A stretch of DNA of 63,502 bases, filler included, from Vermamoeba vermiformis (GCA_045837725.1; 7 parts of 7 records of this genome joined end to end with filler, not necessarily neighbours in it), one strand, 5' to 3'; positions 35,509 through 48,016 are shown, counted from the first letter of the whole stretch. Made by a program: numbers and translations. Notes: a model not told the origin generated them from the letters alone.

Positions 35509-37876
35509 ATGGATAATTTAACTAAATTAAGCGTTGACGATATAGACCAATTAAAAGTAGCGCTTGGAATTACCACGTAAGCAGATTGACAAAAAAAAAG
35601 ATTTTGTTTGGAGACGAATTAATTAATTTGTGTAATTTACTCGTGCTTATTATAGTAAAGAGCCATCTCTTAATGTATCAGCAGTCGTTAAAATATTTAC
35701 CACCGCTCAAAAACCTGATTATTCGATCCCATGGCAGACATCCGATATTTTAATAGCTACAGGTCCGTATTAAATTTTCCAGCATATTATTTTATAGTTT
35801 AATCAATTTAACCCTCCTATTTTTGTAATAATTTAATTCAGGTCAAATACGCAGATCTATTTTTTTTTTTTGCGCTCGTTACCGGCAACTTTACTTTTGC
35901 AAATAAGATGTAAATATTAATTTGTTCTATATAGGCAGCGGAGCAGTTATTGGTGATAATCTTATTCTTACAGCAGCTCACGTAATAAGTTCAGCAACAT
36001 ACATCCAAGTAAGTCGAGCTCAAAACAACTATTTTAGCTTCATATATTAATATAGTCGATAAAGATTCAAAAAATAAGCGATCCTAATAAATGCAGGTAA
36101 GTTTGTGTTGTTTCTAATGCCACGATCAGATCCGAATAATTTTTCATGTTAGTGCGCGAGTAGTGAATGTGTGCCATGATAGTGATTTAGCACTATTAGA
36201 ATCGACCAATCCGAGTTTTCTGGCTGGCATTACTCCAATTGAAATAGGACCGCTGCCAAAGCTTCGAGATCGCGTTAACGTTTGTGGATTTCCTGTTGGC
36301 GGTGAAGAGGTAAAGATAACATATACCATAGTAATATTATATATATTGATAGTAATTATAGCTGAGCATTACTGAAGGAATTGTATCGCGGATCGAGGTC
36401 CAAGTTTATTCGCACTCAAGAAAAGCATTGCTTGCGGGCCAAGTAGACGCTGCAATTAATTGTAAGTTCAAAATATCATCTATATTCAATAAGTAGTATT
36501 AATATTATAATAGCTGGTAATAGTGGCGGTCCAGTTTTATCGCGCGAAGGAAAGTTAATCGGTAAGTTAATTCTGATAGCCTTATTAGGAAATTTCTAAT
36601 ATAGTTCATTATAGGAATAGCATTTCAATCGTTATCTAGCGCTGAAAATACGGTATAACAATTGCATCAAATTCTTAATTAATTTTTTGCTGATCCAACC
36701 GTCTTAGGGCTATATCGTGCCTTTTCCGATCATAAATCATTTCTTGGAAGGAAATAAGAGATTTGGACGCAATTACCAAGCATTTCCTGATTTGGGCATT
36801 AGCGTTGAGGTGATGCAGAATCCGATCTTGCGAAAACGAGTCAAAATGCAAGAACATCATAGTGGTGTCCTTGTGACGAAAGTATTTGCAAAAAATTCAG
36901 CATGGGGACATTTAAAAGAAGGTAATTTAAATTTATTAAGCTTATTTTCTTTTAAACGTTGGGCAAATCTGATCCGGATTTGTTTCATAGGCGACGTTAT
37001 CCTTGAAATTGATGGATACTCTGTCGAGAATAATGGCACCGTAAAATACTATCATGATATTAGAACAGATGCGACAGTACTCGTTATGGAACATTTCGTT
37101 GGCGACCTGATCGCAATGAAGATCCTGCGTAACGGCGAAGAACAAACAATTTCATTCCCGTTAAAACCACTCAAAGACTTAATTCCGTTGTTTAAATTTG
37201 ACGTTCATCCACGTTATTTTGTCTATTGTGGCTTAGTATTTCAACCAGTGAGTTTGGATCTGCTGCACGCCCTCTACTCAGCGGTAAGCATTCTCTATTA
37301 TATTGTTAGCATTATGTTAATCATCCTATATTTAGAACTGGTACTCTCGGGCACCGTCAGAATTGGCCTATCTGTTTGATGAGAGTGGCAAGCGCAAGTT
37401 GGAATTTATTGACGAAGTACGCGTGTCACACGTGTCACCGAGGTTAATTTTTTAAACTTTTCTTTTGACAGGTCGTAGTGCTCTCAATGGTCCTTGTAAA
37501 CGATCTTAATATCAGCTACGATGATTTTGTTGGTGGAGTTATTGAAGAAGTCAATGGCGAGGCCGTGGTCAGTTTGGCGGATCTAGCCGAAAAAGTCGAG
37601 CGGATCGTCAACAACCCCGAAAGTACGATCATCGAGTTTAAGACCAGCAAGAACTATCGCCTAGTACTTCCTACTTTGCATGTCGAAGACTGTCAAAAAG
37701 TTCATGAAGCCACGCTGACACGTTACCGAGTACCACGAGAAAAACAAATCGCGCTTGATTTACAATTACATCAAAATCATGAAATAGCTCCAAATAACAC
37801 AACGACGATCGACCTTGACGACGTTGCTCAAGTTATTCAAGAGATCATCGAAGACGAAACTATTGTAATGAATTAA
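35509..37876 (+). CDS. Deg/HtrA serine protease with PDZ-like domains (plant Deg2/9/10-like), many introns
   Basis: VVKIF..PDYSIPWQ, ILTAAHV (His), CHDSDLALL (Asp), GFPVGG, VDAAIN/GNSGGP (Ser), YFVYCGLVFQP. Confidence 0.9.
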
Positions 37877-37929
37877 CGAACTGATCCGGATCAGATCTTG
37901 CCCTCGACAAAAAAAAAGAAAACAACATA

Positions 37930-38100
37930 GGATGGCAGCGCTAGGCGTTCTAAAGACGCGTTAACCACTCCGCCACACGGCAAGTCCAGCCACAGCCCTT
38001 GCTAAGCAATCGCCATGGCTGTCATCAACCGCGACAGGATTCGAACCTGCGAAAATCCGATTTCAATTCGACGAAGAACCGCCTCGAGCATCAAGCATCC
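37930..38100 (-). ncRNA. Circularly permuted tRNA-like RNA (Ser-like, anticodon TGA)
   Basis: On the minus strand the 3' half (anticodon loop, T-arm GCAGG-TTCGAAT-CCTGT, CGCGGTTG) precedes the 5' half (TGCCGTG-TGGCGGAGTGGTTAACGCG). Leader and trailer base-pair; a T-run follows. Confidence 0.65.
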
Positions 38101-38321
38101 TGAAAGAAAATTGACAGATTTTGTTTAGGGACCGTCGCGGCTGGCGGTTAACACTGCGCAAGCATCTTTCGTTAAAAATGTTGCTAAAAGTAAAGATCTT
38201 TTTTTGAAGCGTTAATTCAGTAAAGTAGATTTTGTCTCGTACGTGTCCGGTAACGAAACAAAAAAGAATTTTGGTTGACAGCGTCGTCAATTCTGTCATA
38301 TAACAAGCAAAGCGACTAACA

Positions 38322-38697
38322 ATGGGCCGAGGAGGAAAGAAGTTTGCCGGCACTTTAACTGAAGTGCTGCAGCCGTGCAGTCGTGCGTTGATGGGCATTG
38401 CAAGTGCTTTTGTAATTACGGGCATTATTTTATTGTCAGTAGTGTACGCTAGATTTAATTCTTACCCTAATCCAGGTTAGTATCAATTTTTAAAAAGCAA
38501 AGCAAATCCGTTAACTTGCGGATGTCCAACTAAAATCAGCGTTTGCTGCAATATTCAATTTATACATATTATTTGTATTTAACATCATTTTTTGGTACAA
38601 TTTAGATGATTTCATAATTTCGGGCGGTGTTCTACTTGGTTTTGGCGGTTTGCTGTTGGTGGTTGGAATTTCCTTGTTAATTTGCTCTCGAAAGTAA
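38322..38697 (+). CDS. Small two-TM membrane protein (~80 aa)
   Basis: MGRGGKKF...FVITGIILLSVVY...; intron 38476-38605; second hydrophobic segment GGVLLGFGGLLLVVGISLLIC, then stop. Confidence 0.65.
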
Positions 38698-38839
38698 TAT
38701 CCAATTTAATAGTATCATAATGTAAATAAATGTAGTTAACCTTTATTATGATTATTTTCTACGGAACATGTCAAAGACATTTTTAATCGTCGATTTTACC
38801 GTTGGTGTCACTAAACGAATAATAGTCGTTATTAAATAA

Positions 38840-40670
38840 TACTAATAATAGAATTCAAATTAAACTGCCTCAACTTACCTCCTAGTTCATCCAAATACGC
38901 CAGTATGTTTACATGCCCTTTGCTCTTGGCTTTATGATACAGTTCAGGACTTGGTGTCACGTGCCCACAGTGCACCATGTAACGCAACAGATCGACGTCA
39001 TCGCCCAGTTGATTGATGGCATCAGGTGCCCACGGATCTTTTTATTGAAGAAAGTTAATGAGCTGTGAAAAATGTCGAATGACACGTGTCACTTTTTGAC
39101 ACTTTGACACTTTTGACTTACATTTGTGTTCGTGTGCGTATTTATAGCAAAGGGCATTGCCATGATCGCAACCAATCGAGAATTTGATGCCTGTAGTTGA
39201 AAATTCAATCGCAGTTAGTAGGAAACGAAAATAACCGCTTTTCTGACTCCAAACGTACCTTGCTTGAGCAACCAAGCCATTGACGACACATTCCTCGATT
39301 GAATTGCAATAACGACATGCTTTTCGTCGAATTTAGCGCCGTGTTGTTTCATCCATTCAAGCACTTTGAGTGTTTCTACAGCCGCAAGTGTGAGAGGAAG
39401 TCTCAACATGGAACCCGTGATCTCGAACTTCTCGACATTGTACATGTACTCCAAAAAATCGACACCATAGCGATAGGTCAACCCCATTTCGACGTACTCA
39501 GCGTGAGTTTTTAATCTTGGTCCGAGTTTTTTTTCCATGACGTACTTCACGCAATCAAAATTTGCACTAATAGCGGCCTGTAATACATCTATTCGATCTC
39601 CGTCTTCATACTCTTTAGTATCAGTATCATAATGTTGCTCTTCAATGCACCACTTCAAAAATTCTAGATCTGCGGATTCGGCCGCTAAAGTGCCAAGAGC
39701 GTTGGGTCTGTTCACCTTGTTCACCGTTGATAAATACTCTAATATGTCCTTTTGAGCGTTCTCAGCTGCCCTTGAGAAGATTTCGGGCAATAAAACAGCG
39801 TCAGGTACGTTTTCCATGAGATATTTCAACACATCCAAAGATCCGACTGTTTCGACGGGGTACGAAATTTGCGCGCCATTCTCTATCAAGTATTTCAAGC
39901 AGTCTAAAGCGCCGTGTATTATTGCGTAGTATGCTGCTTCGCCACAAGGTGCACCGTTTTCGTAAGCGTACTTCAACAGCTCCAAGTCGTTCGCTTGCAC
40001 TGCATTCTGGCTCGCGTAAGTCTTCCATTCGAGTCCTCGCGCTTTCAGAAATTTCACCGCTTCAAGGCTCCGAGCAATGATGTTGTTCACGGGGCAGCCT
40101 TCTTCCACGGCATATTTCAAGCACTCGAAACGATTGCAATTTGAAGCCATGTGTGGTATATTATCGTCCCATGGATATCCGTTCTCGTGCAAGTACTTTA
40201 AGATGTGCACGTGCCCTGCAGTAGCGGCAACACAACACAACGTTATGCCGTGGTTCGTCTTCATGTTAATCTTGTTGCTGATGTTCTCGAGGCAGTACTT
40301 GAGCATTTCTAGGTTGCCAATGCGGGATGCTTCATTGGCCACTTGTAGGTTCAATCGACATCCGTTATTTCGCAGAAATTTCAAGGCCTCAAGTTGGTTG
40401 TTCACAGCAGCGATGATCGCGAGATCTGTCGTGAAAAAGAAGTTCAACGACTTCAAATACTCCAAGCATGATATACTGCCAAGCTTGATGAAGTAAGCAG
40501 CGCATTCATTCTGATCGAGAACGAAGTGTTTGGGAAACGGATGCAGATCCAAGTGCGAGTTGAACAAAGACTTGCATGAAGATCGGAGCATTAATGCATC
40601 GAAATAATTTGTGTGGCTTATGATAATCTTCATTATCTCATTTGGCACTCCTAACAAGCCCTGGCTATCC
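38840..40670 (-). CDS. F-box + ankyrin-like repeat protein (terminal exons uncertain)
   Basis: F-box LLGVPNEIMKIIISH...LRSSCKSL; repeats LKYLHENGYPWD, LKYAVEEGCP, LKYAYENGAP; donor GTACGT ~39257 and a further exon ~39037-38880. Confidence 0.8.
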
Positions 40671-41111
40671 TAAAAAAAATAAATATTTGAAAATTTCGCA
40701 AAAAAATTACCGTGGTGCTAGTTGCTATTAGGGCGCCAAAAATGAAACAACTTAATTAAATGACAAATTAATTGCCTACTGAAATTAAATTTCGGTTCGA
40801 TCGGGTAAAAAGTTTAATTTTAAAAGCCTTACCTGCGTAGCCTTGACCGGCCATCTGTGCCCTTTGCGTAAAGCTTTTTTCATTGTTAGACGTGAGTGGT
40901 TGACTATACAGTAATAAATTCCAATGACCAAAATCCGTACAATTGTTCCTGTCATTGTGAGTTTGGGAACGAGCTACGTGTACTGAAAATGCTCTTATTA
41001 GCGATTCCTCCATATAAATTATTATTAGTATTAAGCAAAAATAATTGATGACGGCAAAGTTTAGGGTTTTTATTGCAATAACTCGACAAAAAATCGTTCT
41101 TCAAATTCTGC

Positions 41112-41552
41112 TCAGATCTGGCGATAATCCGTCGGCGAAGGGTGACCGGAGACTCTTCTTAAGCCAATAATCGCGATACAAATTGAAACAGCAGCTAATA
41201 CGGCACCAGGAATGGTGAATACGTAGCAGAGGTAGATCAGATCGCCAAGCAGAGGACCAAACACGATAATATTGACGACGAGAGTGGCGATCCAAATTAA
41301 TTCCAGTAAAATAGCCATAATTAACACCATGATCCAAATAGCAGGTTTGTTGAACGCATCCACACCTGAGTCTTGAGCATTTTTCTTCTCTTTCATGAGC
41401 CCGACGAAGCTCATTACTAGGCCAGCAATAGCGCCACATCCAGCGATAAATAGGGCCATATGATATCCTACGATAAGAAGTTGCGGGATCCACACGGCAA
41501 GTTGAGCCAATCCAAGGAAGCCACTAAGTATAACAAGACCTCGTAATTGCAT
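41112..41552 (-). CDS. Four-TM membrane protein, 146 aa
   Basis: Intronless ORF with four hydrophobic helices and a C-terminal YRQI (Yxx-phi) motif. Confidence 0.7.
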   Translation of the reverse strand: MQLRGLVILSGFLGLAQLAVWIPQLLIVGYHMALFIAGCGAIAGLVMSFVGLMKEKKNAQDSGVDAFNKPAIWIMVLIMAILLELIWIATLVVNIIVFGPLLGDLIYLCYVFTIPGAVLAAVSICIAIIGLRRVSGHPSPTDYRQI

Positions 41553-41960
41553 TTTTGAAGGTTGTAATCAATTTCGAAGTGCTATATTAAATAACAATAG
41601 ATCGCTTCATTTTTAAATGTTTTCGATTCACAAATTTCATTCCTAAGAAAAGGATTTGTACGTCCGGTCGAAAAGTGATTTTCGAAAATTAATAATAGGG
41701 AACCGATTACCTACATTGTGATAGATGAATCTAGAAGGTTGCATCGAAAAATATGAGAAAGATTCAGATCTGGATTCAAGTGACCTGGGGTCCCCTGATC
41801 TGAAACTATTTTGCTTTCAATAGAAATAATAATATATTATGTTACGTAGTATATAGCCTAATATAAAGTCATAAAAGTTTGCCGAATGTAGCGCTACATC
41901 CAACACTTTCAAAAAAATGTTGAGCGTTAATAGCAATTCTGAATTTAAGTAATACTAGTA

Positions 41961-44272
41961 TTATATATTATTATTATTATTATTGCTTGACTTATCTGGA
42001 TAAATCGTGTCCAAACGGGTGTGCTCGATTCCTCGGTCAATACTGCCCACAGCAACAACATGCCACTTTTGATTCATAATCACGAATCGACCGCACGCGT
42101 CAGTATAATCAGGATTGCGTGTCGTAAGATTCAGCGTAGTAACGGGTGCTAGTGGCTGTAGAATAACTTCGGCTTTTTCACCTACATCCGAAGTCAGATC
42201 AGTTGGAGAAACCAAATGCTTTCAAAATTTTTCAATAAAACTATATAAAATAGTACGAATATAATCAATTTTTAACTAAATAACAAATCACTCGCAGATT
42301 CTTCCTCCGGATCGGATCTGGATCTGGATCCAATTTTAATGACTAAATTTTTGCGCTACGTACCTTTCATAATACCAAAACATTTTCGCTCCTCTTTTAA
42401 TGTCTTAATATCGAGCTCATTGCCATTTTTGTCCCACACAGTCAAAATTTTTGCAACAGTTATGCTAGCGCGAATGCCGAGACTATGAATTGCACCATTA
42501 TAGCCCTATACTCTAGTTAGCATTACCTTATTTGGTTATTGAAGTTAAATTTAATTACCTCCGTTATTAGGCCGCTCCATTTGTACTCGGGCAAAATGTC
42601 GCCAACGTTCAAAAGTACAGCGTGAAAGAGTTTGTTGAATTGACCAGTGTAAAAATATTCTTTAGTTATCACAGTTGATGGATAACGAACGAAATGATAT
42701 TTCTGCAAATGTTAGTTGTCACATCTTGCCTCGTAAAATAAAAAAATTACTCGTAATGGCGGGCATTGTACACTCAAAGCAAGCGTTACGTAAGAACTAG
42801 TAAATATAGCATTAGTATTAACATAAGTACTTTTCAAAGTGATTGTAACACAACGTACTTTGATAAAGCCATTGAACGTGAATTGTGATTCGATTGGATC
42901 TCGATGACTTGGGCTGGGACAAAATTTTTCCTATCGTAATAACCGAAATAGCCAAATAAAGGTTCTATGACGGGCAGCTTATTGACTCCTGTTGGAAAGA
43001 CCTGAATGTTATCACCGACAGAAACGCATCCGTCTGTGTTGTATAAAACAAATGATTAATGGCAAGCAAAATACGACTTGTATCATACCAATTATATAAA
43101 CGCCAACGACGTGCAGTCCTTTTTTGCTCAAATTCGGAAAATGTTTCACTATCGATGCGTTGAATTTTGTAAAGAGTTTGTTGATGGACGGAGCTGCTGG
43201 TTCATTTGCGACATGGTTCAAAGCACTCCACAAGCCCATGCCAGTATTGTACCACGTCATATTAGTGTTTGCATCACTAGTCATTGGTGTTGACATGTCT
43301 TGAATACTCATTGGAATGAAGTGCATGCGATCCAAACGGTGAGCACCGATCACTTTGACCGCGACCTTTTTGATGCTGTCTACGCATTTTGTATACTCTA
43401 ATAAATCGATTAACGTTAGATGTAGTTAATAGCCGACATCTATAGTACTACCTTGCTCGCTATATTGTACTAGATCCATTTTGTTGATAACAAATATCCA
43501 CTCAACATCGCTAGTCAGCGCGTGGTACGTGACCAGATCTTGACGCAACTTTGCTTTGAATTGCTCTATATCACCACAAGTAACTACGTATATGATTGCT
43601 TGACACTAGCATTACAAAATTAGAACTGATCCAAGACAGTTGGTACCGGCACATCCGTGGATGGCGCGTTGACTTACTGCTCCGCAATTGGCATACATCA
43701 TCTTGACTTGATTTTTCCTCGTAGAACCGTGCCATATATTCGCTCGAATGTTTTGGAGCTGAATTCCGTTGATCTGATAAGTATTATCATTGACAAGTTT
43801 TAATGGCGGTGTTGTGGCTTCTTTTGCTATTGATAAATTTTTTATGCGCACAGAAAAGTCTAATTCATCTTTTAGTCGGCTGTAGAGCGTTGTGCTTCCT
43901 AAATTTAAAATTATTAATTAAAATTTCTTCGCCTAGGTACAAATTTCGCTAGCAAGGCTGCCATATTACGGTAAATCTTAATATAATATAATAATATTGG
44001 AATTAAAAATATTACCTGCCCCAGGTAAACCAGTAACAAGAATATTTAATGAATTAGGCGCTGCTAGCCCGTCCGATAGTGTGGCTTGAATCAAATTAGC
44101 TGTTGCTTTCGAGGACCTAAATTATTATTATTAATTCCGTTCATTAAGATTGGTCGAACAAGTAAGGCAGATGTGCCTACCTAGCGAGGCTTCGGATAAT
44201 TGTATTCAATGGCAAATAAGAGAAGATCTTTGAATTGATCTCTTTAGGTAATATGCTAAAATAAGAAGCCAT
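41961..44272 (-). CDS. F-box-like domain fused to a degenerate EF-1A/eRF3/Hbs1-family GTPase (domains I-III), multi-exon
   Basis: Exon 1 MASYFSILPKEINSKIFSYLPLNTIIRSL; NILVTGLPGAGSTTL; FVINKMDLVQYSEQ; FIPMS; NMTWY..LWSAL; domain III GEKAEVILQPLAP...GRFVIMNQKWHVVAVGSI. Confidence 0.75.
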
Positions 44273-44393
44273 GTTCGTTGTGGTTACTTGTTAACGGCAC
44301 AAATAAAATTCAGATGCGCAGTTTTATTGGGTTGGTGGACAAATGATCCGAGCCACCTTGCTTGCATGACAAAACTATGCTTATGACTATTAA

Positions 44394-45128
44394 TTAAATG
44401 TAAGTAATATCCCAGTGGTTGCTTTCACGAGCGTAAATGTTGCCAGCTGCGGATCTGTATTGTGCAGCACCATCAGAGCGACGACCAATGTTAGTAAAGG
44501 TACGGGTAATGTAGCTATCGATGCAGCTGTTCAAAGCAACGTCGACCTTGTAGCCATTCCAGTGAGACATAGCGTTAGGGCGGCCAGCATGACCAGTCTA
44601 TCGAACGAGAGCCGATTAATCACTGAATAAGCAATATAATAGTTTTTCTTTAGGTAATATTAAAAAGGAAATATTAGATAAGTGAAAAGTAACGATTGCA
44701 TGAGATTTACGATTTGGATTGACATTTGACCGTTTGATAAATCTCGTAGGAGGTTGCAAAAAGCCACCATAAGGATATTAAATCAATTAATACTAACCTC
44801 AGTTCCTCCAGTAATGGTGATCGAGCAGCCTGAAGCGTGACGGAGAGTAATAACGCCGGTGATAGTTTGAACACGGATGGTATCCAAAGAAGTGCAGCGA
44901 GCGTTGTTTCTGTCGCTGCAGCCTCCGCTCGATGATATGCCAATGCCTGTTGATTGATTAATATCAAAATTGAATCAATAATTCAATTTCAGAATCCAAA
45001 AAACGGATGGTGGCAAACTCACCAGCGGCACGAACGCGAGCTAGAGCTTCAGCATGAGACAGGCGTTGAGCAGAAGCAATGGAAAAGACGGCGAGCAACA
45101 CAATAGCATAACAGATAGCGTATTTCAT
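44394..45128 (-). CDS. Secreted bacterial-type putative zinc peptidase (M15/LAS-like fold), ~150 aa
   Basis: Signal peptide; exons 45128-45023, 44946-44798, 44597-44394; ITGGTETGH...SHWNGYKVD and HWD motifs. Confidence 0.75.
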
Positions 45129-46030
45129 TGTTGTTCGTCGACGAAGAGGTTAGTGCGATTTTTCTATGGTGCTGCGCAGTTCAAAAGTGAAGTAAAATGA
45201 CAAATACCAGAGCGTCCGGGTAATTAATGGACAATTAACGTCATTAATCATTATTGCACGCGTTGGAAAGCGATTCAATCATGGCAAAGTACAAAAAATC
45301 CCACGTTTGTGTTTTGGCGTATTATCTCATTCCGAAATGTAAATAAACAAATATCCACAATACGAAACTTATTTGTGCTATCTGGTATCTGGTGTTAATA
45401 GCGATAGAACTGGAAAATACTAAAATAAGGTAAGATCGGATAGAATCAAATTAATTTACAACCGCTTTTCCTATGATTATTGATAAAGAATTTTTCGTTT
45501 AAGTTTTGAATTAATTTTCCTATTTTTTGGCTAGGGTATACATATTTTTTCATAATTATTATATATTTAATGCAGATCAAGATTTTTATCAGCCGCCTTG
45601 GAGGAGAGACAAACTACTACGTACGAGTTTGCAAACGAAATATAATATTTGATTTGGAGATTGTCAGCTTGCAACGTTGCTGATCTCGCGTCATGTTTGT
45701 TGCGATTAATGCTGAAAAATTGAGGCCTGCAAGCACGCATTTTCCTTCTCACCTTGCGATCAACTTAGATTTTCAATATTGTTCCAGGTACTAGACAATC
45801 TATTATAATAGATCTTCAATTGGGAGCATCACAGACCAAAGTAAGTTTTGAGACACTAATCACTTTGAAGATTTTCTTAAATCGCCATAGCATATCTACG
45901 ATATTAGGTGATCTCACAATAAGAGAAACGGCAGATTCTGACGGGGTGGGAAATGGGGAAAAGGGGCCCGTGAGTTCAATCACCAAAATTTAAATAGCAC
46001 AAACACCTAGACCATGAATAAGCAGCGAAG

Positions 46031-48016
46031 ATGTTGAACACAATATTGATCGGCATACTGGTAGTATTGTTATCAATTTACTTGATATTTAAGAAGATCT
46101 TTCCGGATACAGCACCCCACATCCCAGGTATATCCGTTTGGCCGCAAGCATTTAACATTGCAAAATTTCAAAGTTATCTGGCACAGCAGGCTATAAAGCA
46201 TGGTGGGCCTTTTTTTAAGGTTCAGACAATTCAATCGGCGATCGTAGTCACGCAACCAGAATCCGCCAAGGTAAGTCGCAGCCCATGCTTTATCGAATCG
46301 AAATACATAATATATAATTAATTTGATTTATTTAGTGGGTTCTTTCAGAGTTGGAAGCATTTCCTAAAGCGCAAGCTCCTTTCGTCAAAGCAGTAAAAGA
46401 TCTGCTTGACTACAATATTGTTTCTGCAAACGGAGAGGAATGGAGGTACGTAATATGCTATATTATTTAATGCTGTAATTATAGCAGCGCCAAGTGCATA
46501 GCGAGCGAGATCTAACTCTTTGCCAAATTAGGAAATACCGAAGTGTACTCAGTCCTCCGTTTCATTTCGATGCGATAAAGCAATGGGCTGATATATTTAG
46601 AACTGAATCGGAGACTCTATGCAATATATTCGAGGCGAACATTGAAAAACCAATTAATGTTTCAGAATGGCTACCTAGATTCACGATCGATGTACTAGGT
46701 ACAATTTAATCTTTTATATAACGAATAATATATTCATACTTCGGCTATTAGGAAAGACAGCATTTAGTTACAACTTCGATGCGATGCACGGGAATAGCGA
46801 CGAGAACTTGCGAACTATGAATGCGATCTTGACTGGGTTGGACGACGTAAAGCACTTGATCTGTGGATTGGTATGACTTAGCAATAAATAATGGCCTATT
46901 AATAACATCTTTTAGATCGAAAAGAAGTTTGGATTCAATCCAGTACCCAGATTCACTCGCGATGGTGTAAACTTCAAGAATTTTTTGAAGAAATTGATTG
47001 AAGTAAGCATTAACGTGAAATTCCGATACTAAGTATGTTAATTAATGATGATCTACAGGAAAAGAGAAGAAATCCTTCCAAAGAGCAGTCAGATTTTGTC
47101 GACACTTTACTCGCGGCAGATCCGCCATTTTCCGACGACGTTGTAAGTCCAAATAACCTATATAACAAATAATATACCTAATATCATTGCTCTAGATTAT
47201 ATCGAATGTGTTTATTATGATCGTAGCTGGTCATGAAACTACGGGTAAGATCCATTAGTACTTTCTGCATATGACTAACGACTGAATAGCTACCGCTTTG
47301 GCATGGTTAATATACCATTTATGTAAGCACCCTGAAATACAAGAGAAGGTTCAACAAGAGATCTTGACCAAGATCGGCAAAAACGCAGCAGTAACGAAAG
47401 ACAATACTAAAGAGGTATGCAACGCGATAATATAGTATATAAATAATTCTGGTATTATAGTTGAGCTATTTATCGCGCGTTTTGAAAGAAAATCTTCGTA
47501 TTCAACCTCCTGCGGCAATGTTACCGACAAGACGGGTAGATCGCGACTGCGAGTTTGAAGGCGTTAAAATACCAAAAGGAGTAAGCTAATAAGTTAAATT
47601 AAGTTCTTTATTAACGATCCTAATAGGCACTAATGTGGCTTGGAATCTACGCTATCCACCACAACCCTGCGTACTGGTCACATCCAGAACAATTTGACCC
47701 TGATCGATTCGAGCGCAGCGAACCGTCTCATCCATTCGCTTATTTACCCTTTTCATTGAGAAGCCGCGCTTGGTAAGTAATAAGTTCGTTACTGCAATTT
47801 TTCGTAACGGATCAGATCTCTGTTGATCGAGATACAAGAGCTTTATTAATTTGAAATTGTTATAGCTTAGGTAACAACTTCTCAATGATGGAACAGATTA
47901 TATTCGCAGCTTGCTTCTTCCAGAGATTTCAAGCGCGGTTGCTCGAGTTTGAGACGGCAGCAAGCTTCGTACTGAATACACCTAAGAAGGTTGTCGTACA
48001 ATTAAGTAAAGTCTAA
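46031..48016 (+). CDS. Cytochrome P450, many introns
   Basis: N-terminal anchor, AGHETT, ExxR (KENLR), FDPDRF, heme motif PFSLRSRACLG (Cys codon split by an intron). Confidence 0.9.

Noticed and set aside
37930-38100. Ordinary linear tRNA gene
   Set aside because: No D-arm or acceptor 5' strand lies upstream of the T-arm; they lie downstream, so it is reported as permuted.
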